DNA of 64,000 nucleotides from the NCBI GenBank assembly GCA_963850305.1, contig CAWKKR010000007.1, positions 192,001 to 256,000 of the forward strand, written 5' to 3'. The translations under genes and the position numbers were made by a program. Origin of the DNA: an uncultured delta proteobacterium (GTDB taxonomy: Bacteria; Myxococcota_A; Polyangia; Polyangiales; Polyangiaceae). The notes under the pieces were generated by a model. That model was not told the DNA's origin and made no database searches. It saw only the letters and a program-made list of their open reading frames with translations. Positions within the stretch are counted from its first letter, which is position 1, and the number at the start of each line of letters is the position of its first letter. Below, piece after piece: positions 31,925 through 42,300 of this stretch.

Positions 31925-34344
31925 GGCGAAACGTGGAAGGTGACGGAGTCCGCGAGCGCGGAGGGCAGGTGCGCGTCGTCGATCTCCGGAACGCAGTCGT
32001 GCTCCCGATCGGACGTCGCGGTGCGCGTGCCCGCGTCCGGAGTCAGTTGCTCCTGCAGGCTCCCGGTTTCTCCCGTCAGCGTCCGCTCCGCCATCTGTAA
32101 CCCGCCGCGGGGTAAGCCATCGACGACGTCGGCGCATTCGTCTGGCCACGTCACGAACCGATTTTCGTCACGATCGTCCCAGCCGTTCAGCACGAGCTTG
32201 TTCAAGCGACCGACGCGCTCTTCGAGGATCGGTTCCAGCGCTTCGCCGCCCGGTCGCGACGCGACGATTTCATACATGTCGCGAAGACAGCTCTGCAGCA
32301 GGGCAAACCGGAGCGGCGTATATTCGACGGTGCTCACGGGTGCCGGCGTCGCGCCGTAGATGCGCGCCTCGGCGTCGTAAAAGACGGACTCTAGCCGGTC
32401 GAAGACGGCAATCGCGCGATCGTGGTACCGCTCGTCCCCTGTGGCGAAATACGCGGCGAAGAGCCCGCGCACCGCGGCCGTGTGCGAGTCGAGCAAATCC
32501 TGGGCGTCGATCGGTGCGCCCTTCGAGACGTCCCAGCCGTCGAGGGCGTGGCCGTCTGCTCCCGTGAGATGATTCAGCAGCAGGTCGGCCTCGCTCCGGA
32601 TGATCGCGGAAAGACGGGCCGTCAGCGCGGAAGCCCCGCCGTCCGCTCCACCGGCGCGGTGAATTGAAAACGCGTCGAGCGGGGTCGACTCGATCGCCGT
32701 GTCGGGAGTGTTGTTCGAATAGAGTTCGAGCTGCGAGCTCACGGAACGCAGCACCGTGCGGAGGCCGAGCAGCGCATAAGCCACGTCGATCGTCGAGGCT
32801 GTGGTGCCGCGCGTGGCCGTCGTCCCCGACATCGTGACGGTGTCCACGAGATAGCCCGAAGCCGGGTCCGTGTGCAGTCGGTCCGCGTTGACCAGGGCGA
32901 CCCGCATCATCGCGAGCGCGCGATCGTGGAGCGTCGGATCACCGTTGCCCTTCTGATCGTCGGCGGGAAACGGGTCGCCGTCGAAGTAAGCCATCGCAGG
33001 CTGTGAGCCGCCGACATCCGTGTTGTTCGTGTCGGTGAGTGCATAGAACTCGGCGTAGCCGAGGGCGAGCCCGATCGCGTCGAGCAGGTCGCTGTTCGGC
33101 GACGCGAGCGCGTACGAGGGCTGCGGGAAATGCCGTCGTGCCGGTTTCCGTCACTGCGATCGCGCCCGGGAACCAGCGGAGCGGCGACGTGTAGTCGTAC
33201 GCGAGCGCATCGGCGATCGAGGCAAAGCCGGACAGCGTCGCGCCGTCCGTCGTCGTGAGTCGGGTGAGCCAGTCCTGCGCGCGGTCGTCGACTTCTTCGA
33301 TGAACATCTGGGCCTGAAAACCCTCGATGTCGCTCGAACCGAGAAAGGTGCCCGCCTGCGTGGGGTTGCCGGAGTCATCCGCTCCGACGATCTGGTTATT
33401 CACCGAGCCGACGCTCGAGAGCGAGGAGGGGGGCACGCTGCTCACCGGATTTTCCTGCGAGTCGTGCATCGTCTGGAGGTAGTTCAGAACCCAGAGCCCG
33501 TACTTCCACGCGCTGAACCCGTCGGCGCCGGGGGAAACGACGAACTCGCTTTGCGACGTTCGGTCCCGCAGGTGAAGCGACGTCGCGTCGCACTCGTAAT
33601 CGGCGCAACCGAGTGAGCCCGACGCGCCCGGGTCGTCGTCCGAGCTTATTGCGCACCCTGAATCGATTGCGCTCGTAGGATCGATGGACGGATCGAAGCT
33701 GCGGAAGACGTGGGCCGTCGGCCAGAGGCCAGGCCACCCGAGCGGGTTATTCGCCGGGAGGCCCTTGCCGAGAGGGTTCGTGTCCCCCGCGCGTGGATTG
33801 TTGGCGGGAAACGTTCCCGCCGGGAAGACGAAGCGCCCGAGCCCGTTGCTTCCGGCGGCGAAGTGCTGAACGAGCGCCGCGAGCAGCCCCGTTGCCGCCG
33901 TTCCCGTCGCACCCGCGGGATTCGACGAGCGGGCCGTACGCGAGGGACGTCCCGGAGCCCGGCTTCGAGCGCCACGTTGTTCATCGGCTGCTTCGAGTAC
34001 TCGTACGACTCCACTGCCGTGGAAAAGCCGGGCAGATCGATCCAGGGGCCGTTCGCCAGCGGCGAGGTGTCGAAGTAGAGATCCGGGGGCAGATGGTCAC
34101 GGCTGTAATTGGTCAGGTCGCGGCCCATCGCTTCGGCGAAGGGCTCGCCGGAGACTTGCATTTCCCCGGCGGCGATGAAGTGCTCACGCGTCACGAAGCG
34201 CGTGCTTCCGACCGTCGCGGTGATGGTCTTGGTCTGCCGCGTCACACCCCCATCGATCGATGGCAGCCCGGCGGGACTGGTGCGGTGCTGCGATCCGCAG
34301 CTGACGGTCAGCACCACCCCAAGCAAACTCAGTCCGCGCTTCAC
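31921..34344 (-). CDS. Large lipoprotein of unknown function, about 806 aa, with three apparent frameshifts
   Basis: GTG start and lipobox TVSC. Removing one base each near 33960, 33925 and 33125 gives one continuous frame ending in ORF 31921-32994. Confidence 0.7.
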
Positions 34345-34359
34345 TCCGAGACGATATAA

Positions 34360-34374
34360 TGAAACTGATTATCA
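34360..34374. promoter_or_regulatory. Fur-box-like operator (7-1-7)
   Basis: TGAAACT-G-ATTATCA versus consensus TGATAAT-N-ATTATCA (12/14). It lies 16 bp upstream of the 34344 start, in a strongly AT-rich island. Confidence 0.7.
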
Positions 34375-34447
34375 CTTTCAAGAAAAAGAGCAACGAAGGA
34401 CCCTGTTGGAGCCAAAATAATGGTAATCCGTCTCACCGGACTGAAAG

Positions 34448-34462
34448 TGAAAGTTATTTTCA
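34448..34462. promoter_or_regulatory. Second Fur-box-like operator
   Basis: TGAAAGT-T-ATTTTCA (11/14 to consensus), abutting ATG 34462. Confidence 0.6.
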
Positions 34463-34977
34463 TGATAAGCCTGGTGGTTTCCGCCTTCCAGGTGGCCTGC
34501 GGCACGCCGACCGCAAATCCTGGCAGCGGCGAACCGCAATTCGTCGCTCTGGCCTCTGACTTCAAGGGCTACCACTCGTGGAAGAGCTTCGACGTCACGA
34601 CTGACGCGCCGCAGGCCGGCATCCACGACGGGAGTACGGTGACCGAGTACGTCAAGGCGCTTCCGCCGTCCGGCTCGACGTCATTTCCCGTCGGCACCAT
34701 CATCGTGAAGGAAGCGACGGGGGGAACGATCCCTCACGAGCTCTTTGCGATGGTGAAACGCGGCGGGGGATTCAACGCAGGCGCGCCGGGCTGGGAGTGG
34801 TTCGATCTTCAAAATCTCAACGACGGCGCGGACGACGTCGGAATCGTCTGGCACGGGCTCGCGCCCCCGCCTGGAGACACCTATTCCGGCAGCGCCTCGG
34901 CAGGCTGCAACACCTGCCACGCCGCCTGCGGCAACGACGCCGTTTGCGCAAAGGCGATGCAATTGGCGAACTTTTAA
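34462..34977 (+). CDS. Cytochrome P460-like mono-heme c lipoprotein
   Basis: FPVGTIIVKE, AMVKR, GWEWF and C-terminal CNTCH. Lipobox QVAC. Start uncertain. Confidence 0.7.
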   Translation: MISLVVSAFQVACGTPTANPGSGEPQFVALASDFKGYHSWKSFDVTTDAPQAGIHDGSTVTEYVKALPPSGSTSFPVGTIIVKEATGGTIPHELFAMVKRGGGFNAGAPGWEWFDLQNLNDGADDVGIVWHGLAPPPGDTYSGSASAGCNTCHAACGNDAVCAKAMQLANF

Positions 34978-34990
34978 CCGGCGTTCACGT

Positions 34991-35140
34991 CTATTCCGCG
35001 ACCTGCACGTTCGCCGTGAACCGGTCGTAAAGATAGAACGTCAGGCTCAACAAACCGACGACTGCGACGACGATCACGGCGACCAGCCATTTGAGGTGGT
35101 GCCGGATCCGCGAGACGTCGGGACGTTCAGGAACGCTCAC
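34991..35140 (-). CDS. Putative 49-aa single-TM small protein
   Basis: GTG...TAG encoding MSVPERPDVSRIRHHLKWLVAVIVVAVVGLLSLTFYLYDRFTANVQVAE, below the ORF-track cut-off. Confidence 0.45.
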   Translation of the reverse strand: MSVPERPDVSRIRHHLKWLVAVIVVAVVGLLSLTFYLYDRFTANVQVAE

Positions 35141-35310
35141 GGCGCAGTATGTAGCACTCGACCCGGCGTCAGGGGCCCGCGTTGAGAAAGTCGCAGTGCG
35201 TTGGTAACGCGGTTGCGGTGCCCAAGCTTACTCTGATGACTTCGTATTCTTGAATGCGGGGCGTAAGCGCGATGCCCGGAGCGTTATGAAGTGACAGGAA
35301 GCGTGCGGGG

Positions 35311-35325
35311 TGGCAATATTTCTGC
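35311..35325 (+). promoter_or_regulatory. Possible sigma-54 promoter
   Basis: TGGCAAT-ATTT-CTGC with GG-N10-GC spacing, about 40 bp upstream of ATG 35367. Confidence 0.35.
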
Positions 35326-35366
35326 CGGAACGGCGGTCTCCGCGGCGTGCGGGGAGATGTGTGATC

Positions 35367-37487
35367 ATGAAACGTGAACAATTCTTACGTGTCGGCCTGG
35401 GTACGGTATTAATTTTTGGTCTTGCCGGCAGCGCGCTCGTCGGCGCGTGCTCTGCGGGCGGAGGCAGCAAGAGTCTCGGGTCCTCCGGCGGAGGCCAGGG
35501 CAACCCGAACGGGGGCGTCGGTAACTACGGCGGAGGGTTCGTCGGCGAAGGAGGCCAATTCATCCCCACGCTGGGGAACGGTGGCCAGGGTGGCGCCGTC
35601 GGCGTGTTCACCGACGGCGGCTATCTCATCGCGAGCGACGGAGGCGTCAGTGACGCGCACGTCGGTCCCTCGACGGTCAATAACTGCGCAAACACGGCGC
35701 CCTTCCAGAATCCATCTGCCGGAAACCGCGTCGTCTATCCGTATGACGGCACCGTCTTTCCGCGCGGCCTCGCTGGTCCGCTCCTCATGTGGGACCAGCA
35801 AGCGACGCAGATCCTCATCCAGGCGAAGTCGCAGCTGTACACGTACACCGATTGCCCTCAGACACCTGACGGCGTTCGATACCAGCTCCCGGCCAACATG
35901 TGGGCCGGCGCTGCATCCTGGAGCAACGGCACCGGCGACCCGCTTCAGATCCAGCTGACCGTGCTCTCGGGCGGCAAGGCGACGGGCCCCGTCACGTTCA
36001 GCGTCAAGTTCGCGCTCACGACGTTGAAGGGCGCCATCTACTACAACACGTACGGCTCGCCCCAGGCCGGCAACGGCAACGGCGCCGTGATGCGGCTAAT
36101 TCCCGGCGACACCGCGCCCACGGTGTTCCTGACCGACAACGGCGTTGCCCCGCTCGGCCCGTGTCGGTCCTGTCACGGTCTTTCCGCCAACGGCACGACC
36201 ATGACGGTGAACCACCACGCCTACGGCTTCCCGAGCACGTACTCGAGCGAATCGTACGACGTCAGCACCGGGACGCCGAATCTGCTCCAGAGCAACATTC
36301 CGGAAGCGGGCTTCGCGGGCATCTTCCCCGACGGCTCGCGGCTCATGACGAATGGTCCGCCGAATCCATCTCTGAGCGCGATCTTTCCGACGTCCCCCGG
36401 GGACGTCACGGCGCTCGTGCAATCGACGTCGAAGATGCTCGACGTCCGAACGGGACAACCCATCACGACCACCGGCTGGAACGTGACGCACGCGCAGATG
36501 CCGATGTTCTCTCCCGACGGGCTCCACATCGTCTACAACGACGAGGACAAGGGCCCGACGACGAACATCACGAATCCGGGGACGCTGACCGTCGGCGGCC
36601 ACACCCTCTGGGTGCAGGACTTCGACCCGAACACGAACACCTTCTCGAATCCGCGGCAGATCTTCAGCGATCCCACGTGGTACGCGGCGTGGCCATTCTT
36701 CACGCCGGACTCCACCCAGGTGGTGTTCGCGGTGGACTCGCGGCCTGATTTCTCGAGCCAGGTTCCGGACGCTCTCGGCGGGAATGCGCTCACGGGCATA
36801 TGGCCCACGGTTGCCCAGTGCATCACGACGCCGGATCCGCAGACCTGCGTCGGCAATGGCCACCTCATGCTAGTGGATCTCGCGAGCGGCAAGGTCACCC
36901 CGCTCAACGCCGCGAACGGCTACAAGTCGGATGGGACGACGAGTTACTTGCCCGCGGGCAAGGGTCGCGACAACGAATACGAGTTCTTCCCGACCGTGAG
37001 TCCCTTCTCGGGTGGTGGGTTTGCGTGGGTGTTCTTCTCGAGCCGCCGCACCTACGGCAACGACGTGATGGATCCCAGTGCCACGAACCCCGGGGACCCC
37101 GGGATGCCGACGGCCAAGAAAATCTGGGTGACTGCGGTCCAGATGGGCGCTCCAGCTGGCACCGACCCGAGCTTTCCGGCGTTCCTCTTGCCGGGACAGG
37201 AACTGGCGAGCGGCAATATCCGAGCGTTCGCGGCCCTCGCGCCTTGCAAGGAAGACGGCTCTTCGTGCCAGTCGGGCTTCGACTGCTGCAAGGGCTACTG
37301 CTCCAACATCAAGAACGGCACCGGCATCTGCGGAAAAGTGGAGACGCAGACCTGCTCCCTCGTGGACGAGAGATGCAACACGACCGCCGACTGCTGCACG
37401 GGTCCCAACAACGGAGACAACGGCCGAAACCTCTATTGCATCCTCACCGCTGGCACCGGTTATTGCGAGGAGAAGGGCATCAACTAG
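35367..37487 (+). CDS. TolB-like (PD40) beta-propeller lipoprotein with Gly-rich linker and Cys-rich C-terminus
   Basis: Lipobox VGAC, YPYDGTVFPR, MPMFSPDG, WPFFTPD, WVFFSSRR, and two C-C-CC-C-C modules. Confidence 0.8.
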   Translation: MKREQFLRVGLGTVLIFGLAGSALVGACSAGGGSKSLGSSGGGQGNPNGGVGNYGGGFVGEGGQFIPTLGNGGQGGAVGVFTDGGYLIASDGGVSDAHVGPSTVNNCANTAPFQNPSAGNRVVYPYDGTVFPRGLAGPLLMWDQQATQILIQAKSQLYTYTDCPQTPDGVRYQLPANMWAGAASWSNGTGDPLQIQLTVLSGGKATGPVTFSVKFALTTLKGAIYYNTYGSPQAGNGNGAVMRLIPGDTAPTVFLTDNGVAPLGPCRSCHGLSANGTTMTVNHHAYGFPSTYSSESYDVSTGTPNLLQSNIPEAGFAGIFPDGSRLMTNGPPNPSLSAIFPTSPGDVTALVQSTSKMLDVRTGQPITTTGWNVTHAQMPMFSPDGLHIVYNDEDKGPTTNITNPGTLTVGGHTLWVQDFDPNTNTFSNPRQIFSDPTWYAAWPFFTPDSTQVVFAVDSRPDFSSQVPDALGGNALTGIWPTVAQCITTPDPQTCVGNGHLMLVDLASGKVTPLNAANGYKSDGTTSYLPAGKGRDNEYEFFPTVSPFSGGGFAWVFFSSRRTYGNDVMDPSATNPGDPGMPTAKKIWVTAVQMGAPAGTDPSFPAFLLPGQELASGNIRAFAALAPCKEDGSSCQSGFDCCKGYCSNIKNGTGICGKVETQTCSLVDERCNTTADCCTGPNNGDNGRNLYCILTAGTGYCEEKGIN

Positions 37488-37541
37488 TTCGGATGGCGAC
37501 GCGCGCCGCCCGCGGACTTCGCCGTCCGCGATGCGGCGCGG

Positions 37542-37910
37542 TCAGCGCCCCGACGTGATGCGGCAGTGCGCGCGCAGCGCCACTTCCGCGTCATGATCCA
37601 GCGACTCGAATCGAAGCACGACGTGACGCGCATCTGCGCGGAGCACTCGAGCCTTCGTTTCGATGCTAACCCGGCTCGGAAGCTCGAAGTAGATCTCCAC
37701 CACCTTGCCGATGGGTAGCGGTGCGCGACCCTCGCATTCGAGCGCAACCCCGCCGACGGACACATTCTCGCACCGCACTCGTCGCCACGCATCGAAGGTG
37801 TCGAGCAGCACCGGCACTTCCAGTGCGACACGGTCGTGCACACGACGGTCCGAGACGCTGGGCCCATCCGTTGACGCGCGACGGCGAGAAATGGTGTGCG
37901 TGGTCGTCAT
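37542..37910 (-). CDS. PilZ domain protein
   Basis: RxxxR (DRRVHDR) and NxSxxG (NVSVGG) motifs. Confidence 0.8.
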   Translation of the reverse strand: MTTTHTISRRRASTDGPSVSDRRVHDRVALEVPVLLDTFDAWRRVRCENVSVGGVALECEGRAPLPIGKVVEIYFELPSRVSIETKARVLRADARHVVLRFESLDHDAEVALRAHCRITSGR

Positions 37911-37923
37911 GACCCGCAGAAGT

Positions 37924-37939
37924 TGCACGCAGCGTACCA
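37924..37939 (-). promoter_or_regulatory. Possible sigma-54 promoter of the PilZ gene
   Basis: Minus strand TGGTACG-CTGC-GTGCA with GG-N10-GC spacing. Confidence 0.4.
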
Positions 37940-38053
37940 GTCGGCTCGCGTCGACGCGGTCCCGCGTACTTACGCCGGCATCAGTGTGTTCGTGTCCGGT
38001 GCGACTGGAAGCGATCTACGCAAATTGGTCAGAGTTGCGTAACTCTGCGTCGG

Positions 38054-39163
38054 TCAGCGCTCGCGAAGGATGCGTAACATCCGGCGAAGCGGTTCGGCCG
38101 CTCCCCAGAGCAGCTGATCCCCGACGCTGAACGCCGTCACGTACTCCGGGCCGAGCCGCATCTTTCGCAAACGCCCGATCGCGACCTCGAGCGTCCCCGA
38201 CACCGCCGTCGGCGTCAGTTTCGCGAGCGACGCCTCGGGCGTGTTTTCGATGACCCGCACCCACGGGTTCGACTTTGCGACAATCTCCGTCACCTCGTCG
38301 ATCGGGATCGCGCGCTTGAGCTTGATCGTGAATGCCTGCGAATGGCATCGCATCGCGCCGACGCGCACGCACTGTCCGTCCACCGGTACGTGCGGCGAGA
38401 GTCCGAGAATCTTGTTCGTCTCGACGAATCCCTTCCACTCCTCGCGGCTCTGTCCGAACTCCACGGGCTTGTCGATCCACGGCAAGAGGCTCCCCGCGAG
38501 CGGATGCTTGAAGTATTGCAACGGCAAGCTGCCGTCGCGCTGCGCGCGCGTCACGGCGCGATCGATGTCGAGCGCCGTGGACGCCGGATCGGCGAGAAGC
38601 GGTGCAGCGGCCGCACCGAGCGCCGCCATTTGCTGAACGAGCTCGCGCATGTGGTTCGCGCCCGCGCCCGACGCCGCCTGGTACGTCATGCTCGACAGCC
38701 ACTCCACATGACCCTGCTCGAAGAGCCCCGCCAGCGCCATCAGCATCAAGCTCACCGTGCAGTTTGCGCCGGCGTACGTCTTGACGCCGCGCGAAAGGCC
38801 GTCCTCGATCACGTTCCGGTTGACGGGGTCGAGGATCAAAACGGTCTCGTCCGACATCCGGAGAGTCGATGCCGCGTCGATGAAATATCCGCTCCAGCCG
38901 CGCGCACGTAGCTTCGGATAAATCTCCGTCGTGTAGTCGCCGCCCTGGCAGCTCACGAGCACGTCGAGCTTCTCGAGCTGATCGAGGGCATGCGCGTCCT
39001 TCAGCGGGCTCGGTCCCTGGCCGACCTCCGGACCCGAGGCGCCCGCGTTCGACGTCGAAAAAAAGGTGCTCTCGATACCGTCGAAGTCGCGCTCCTCGCG
39101 CATGCGCTCCAGCAAAACCGAGCCCACCATTCCTCGCCAACCGATGAATCCGACGCGCAACAT
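38054..39163 (-). CDS. asd: Aspartate-semialdehyde dehydrogenase
   Basis: [35 protein letters not shown] and [11 protein letters not shown]. Confidence 0.95.
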   Translation of the reverse strand: MLRVGFIGWRGMVGSVLLERMREERDFDGIESTFFSTSNAGASGPEVGQGPSPLKDAHALDQLEKLDVLVSCQGGDYTTEIYPKLRARGWSGYFIDAASTLRMSDETVLILDPVNRNVIEDGLSRGVKTYAGANCTVSLMLMALAGLFEQGHVEWLSSMTYQAASGAGANHMRELVQQMAALGAAAAPLLADPASTALDIDRAVTRAQRDGSLPLQYFKHPLAGSLLPWIDKPVEFGQSREEWKGFVETNKILGLSPHVPVDGQCVRVGAMRCHSQAFTIKLKRAIPIDEVTEIVAKSNPWVRVIENTPEASLAKLTPTAVSGTLEVAIGRLRKMRLGPEYVTAFSVGDQLLWGAAEPLRRMLRILRER

Positions 39164-39336
39164 GACGTTTCTCTGCCCGGACATTTCGCACGCGCATCAT
39201 GAACGCGCAAGGGATCGCGATGAGTTGCCCACCCCCGCGCGGGCAAGAGCCCGCGCGCCCCTCCCCGACGTCGTCCTCGGCGAAGCGCCTGCGGGCGCCG
39301 TGGGAGGGGAAGGCATCGGAGTCCGGCGCGGCGAAG

Positions 39337-42300
39337 CTACTCGTCGAGGTCCTCGACGCCGAAACCCGGTGCGAGCTGTTCGTGCGAAAGCCCATCGAGG
39401 AACGTGCGCAGGTTCTCGGGCCGCGGGGGCATCACGACGGACCAGAGCCGGACGGTTGCGTCGCCGCTTGCGGACGCGATCGTCTTCCCATCGGGGCTCA
39501 CCGCAATACCGAAGACCGGCGCCGCGTGGCCCTCGAGGACTCGCCGCTCGAGCGTGTCCAGATCCCGAATCTGCACCGTGCCATCGCCGCTGCCCGTGAC
39601 GAGTCCGCGGCCGTCCGGCAAGAACGCAAGGTCATGCACGACCGCGGAATGCCCGCGCAGCTCCACGCAAGTCGCGGCCTCGACGCGGCAGACCCAGAGC
39701 TTCGGCGCGTCGCCCGCGACGGCGAGGAGCTTGCCGTCCGGCGAGAACTTGAGCAGTCGCGCGCCCGTGAGGGGCGACAGGTTCTCTCGACTGTCGGTTT
39801 CAGGGTCCCAGATGATGACCGAATCGTCCAGACTCGCGGACGCGACACAGCTTCCGTCGGGCGAGAACGCGAGCCCCCAGACTTCGTCCGAGTGTCCGTA
39901 GAAGACACGGAGCGGCGCGCCCGTGTGTCCGTCCCACAAACGCACCGTGTGATCGCGGCTGGCCGTTGCCAGCGTCGAGCCGCTCCGGTCGAACGCAACG
40001 GCGGTGACGTCGTGATCGTGCTCGAGAACCGCGGGCGGCGAGCCGTCGAACGCCCACAACCGTGCCGTGTGATCCTTCGAGCCCGACGCGAGGCGCGAGC
40101 CGTCGGGCGAGAACGCGAGCTCCTCGACGTCGCCGCGGTGCCCGGAGAGAACCTGCACGCCGTCGCCGTCGACGGACCACACTCGCACCGTGCGGTCGTC
40201 GCTCGACGAAGCCAGTCTCCGTCCATCCGGCGAAAAGACGACGCGATACACGTGATCCGTGTGTCCAGCGAGCAAGCGAGACTCGCCCGTCTTCACGTTC
40301 CACAGGCGGACCGCGTCGTCGTGGCCCGCGGACGCCAGAAGTTTGCCGTCCGGAGAAAATGCCACGGCATGCACGCCGATCGTGTGCCCGGAGAGCACCC
40401 GGCGTTCCGTCGTCGGATGCGTGCTCCACAGCCGCGCGGTCTTGTCCCACGATGCGCTCGCCAGATGCGACCCGTCCGGCGAGAACGCAAGGGCGACGAC
40501 CACATCCCCATGGCCGCGGAAAACGGCGTTGTCGTCGGTCTTCAGAATCGCGCACGCGGACGACCTTGTCCCAGCCGCTCGACGCGAGATAACGGCCGTC
40601 GTTCGAGAACGACAGCGCGGCAACACGTTCGGCGTGTTCGCTCACGACACGCGACGACTGGTCCGCCAGGTTCCACAGGCGCACGCGCCCGCTCATTCCG
40701 GCGGCGGCGAGCTGCGTCCCGTCGGGCGAGAAGGCGATGGCCTGGACGGCCCCGTCGGCGGCGTCGAGCACCGTCGGGGTGCGGCCGTCGATGGGCCAGA
40801 GCCGAACCGAACCGTCGTCGGCACCGGAGGCGATCGCCTTTCCGTCGGGTGAAAACAGAGCGCTCTCCACCGACACGCGGTGCCCGCCGAAAATGCGTTC
40901 GGGTCCCGACGGCAATCGCAACAAGTGAATCGTCCCTGCGTGACTCCCGAAGAGGAGAGATGCCCCGTCCGGCGAGAACGAGCAGAACACGTCGCGATCC
41001 GCCGATGCATCGCGGTGTTCGGATGCGCCGGTCGACGGATCCCAGATCCGCACTTCGCCGTCGCTCGAGACCGAGCAGAGTTTGCGGCCGTCCCTGGAGA
41101 ACGCCATCGTCTTTACTGGGGCCTGATGTCCGAGCAGCGTGCCCACCGGGGTTCCATCGAGCCGATTCAACCGGATCGAGCGGTCGTAGCTCGCCGACGC
41201 GAGCAACGTCCCGTCGGGTGAGAACAGGACCTTCGTGATGCGGTCCGTGTGTCCGCCCAGGTCCCTCGCCGCGCCCGTCGCGACGTTCCAAAGAACGACG
41301 CGCTTATCGTCTCCGCCCGTTGCGAGAAAATGTCCATCGGGCGAGTAAGCGATGGTCGTCACCTGCCCCTGATGACCGCGAAAGATCTGCTCTGCGACGC
41401 CCCGTTCTTCCGCCCAGGCTGCGATCGTGGCGGCGCCCGGCGGCGTGGAGCGGGGGCGCTTGAGCCAGGCGATGCTCAGGGTCGGATCGCGATCGAGCAG
41501 CGCGCGCGCCTTCTCGACCAGGAGTTCGTCCACGCGATGCTCGGCATCGCTGCGCGCGCTGGCTTCGGCGACCGAGCTTCGCTGGGCCAGATCGCGCTCG
41601 TGGGCGATGCGGGCGACGCTCATGGACCCGGAAATCGCGAGTGCAAGGAGCGCGGCCAGGGCGGTCAGTACGACCGGTCGCTGCCGTTCGAAGAAGCGTC
41701 GGAGCAGCTCCCACAGTCCATAGTGGTACGCGCCGACGAGCCCGCCCGTGGTGAAGCGTCGGAGCTCCTCCGCCATTTCGCGAGCGGTCGGGTACCGTTC
41801 AGTCTGGCGCCGAGCCATCGCCTTTTGCGCGATCGCGACCAGGTCGCGCGGCGCCTCGGGGCAGAGCGTCAGGAGAGGGGCGGGAGGTTCGATGCGAACG
41901 CGCGCGAGAATTTCTTCATTCGAGTACTCCGAGTACGGGGCCCTGCCGCCGACGAGGTGATACACCATCGCGCCAAGCGCGTAGACGTCCGCGCGCCGGT
42001 CGACGCGTTCCCCCTGCGCTTGCTCGGGGGGCATGTAGGCCGGAGTTCCGACGACGATGCCCGCAGACGTCACGTACGCGGACGTTTGCTCGTACTCGTC
42101 CGCAGCTGGCATCGGTTCGTCCTCATCGACGTGTTTTGCGAGGCCCCAGTCGATGACGACCGTCTCGCCGAAGGGACCGACAAGGACGTTGGACGGTTTC
42201 AGATCGCGATGCAGGATGCCGACGCTGTGCGCGTAGGCCATCGCCTCGGCCACGTCCACGAGAACTGGAAGGAGGGCGAGACGGTGCTGCAGATCAGGCG

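Noticed and set aside
39337..41400. Nucleotide-level periodicity in the kinase gene
   Set aside because: It is simply the WD40 coding repeats.
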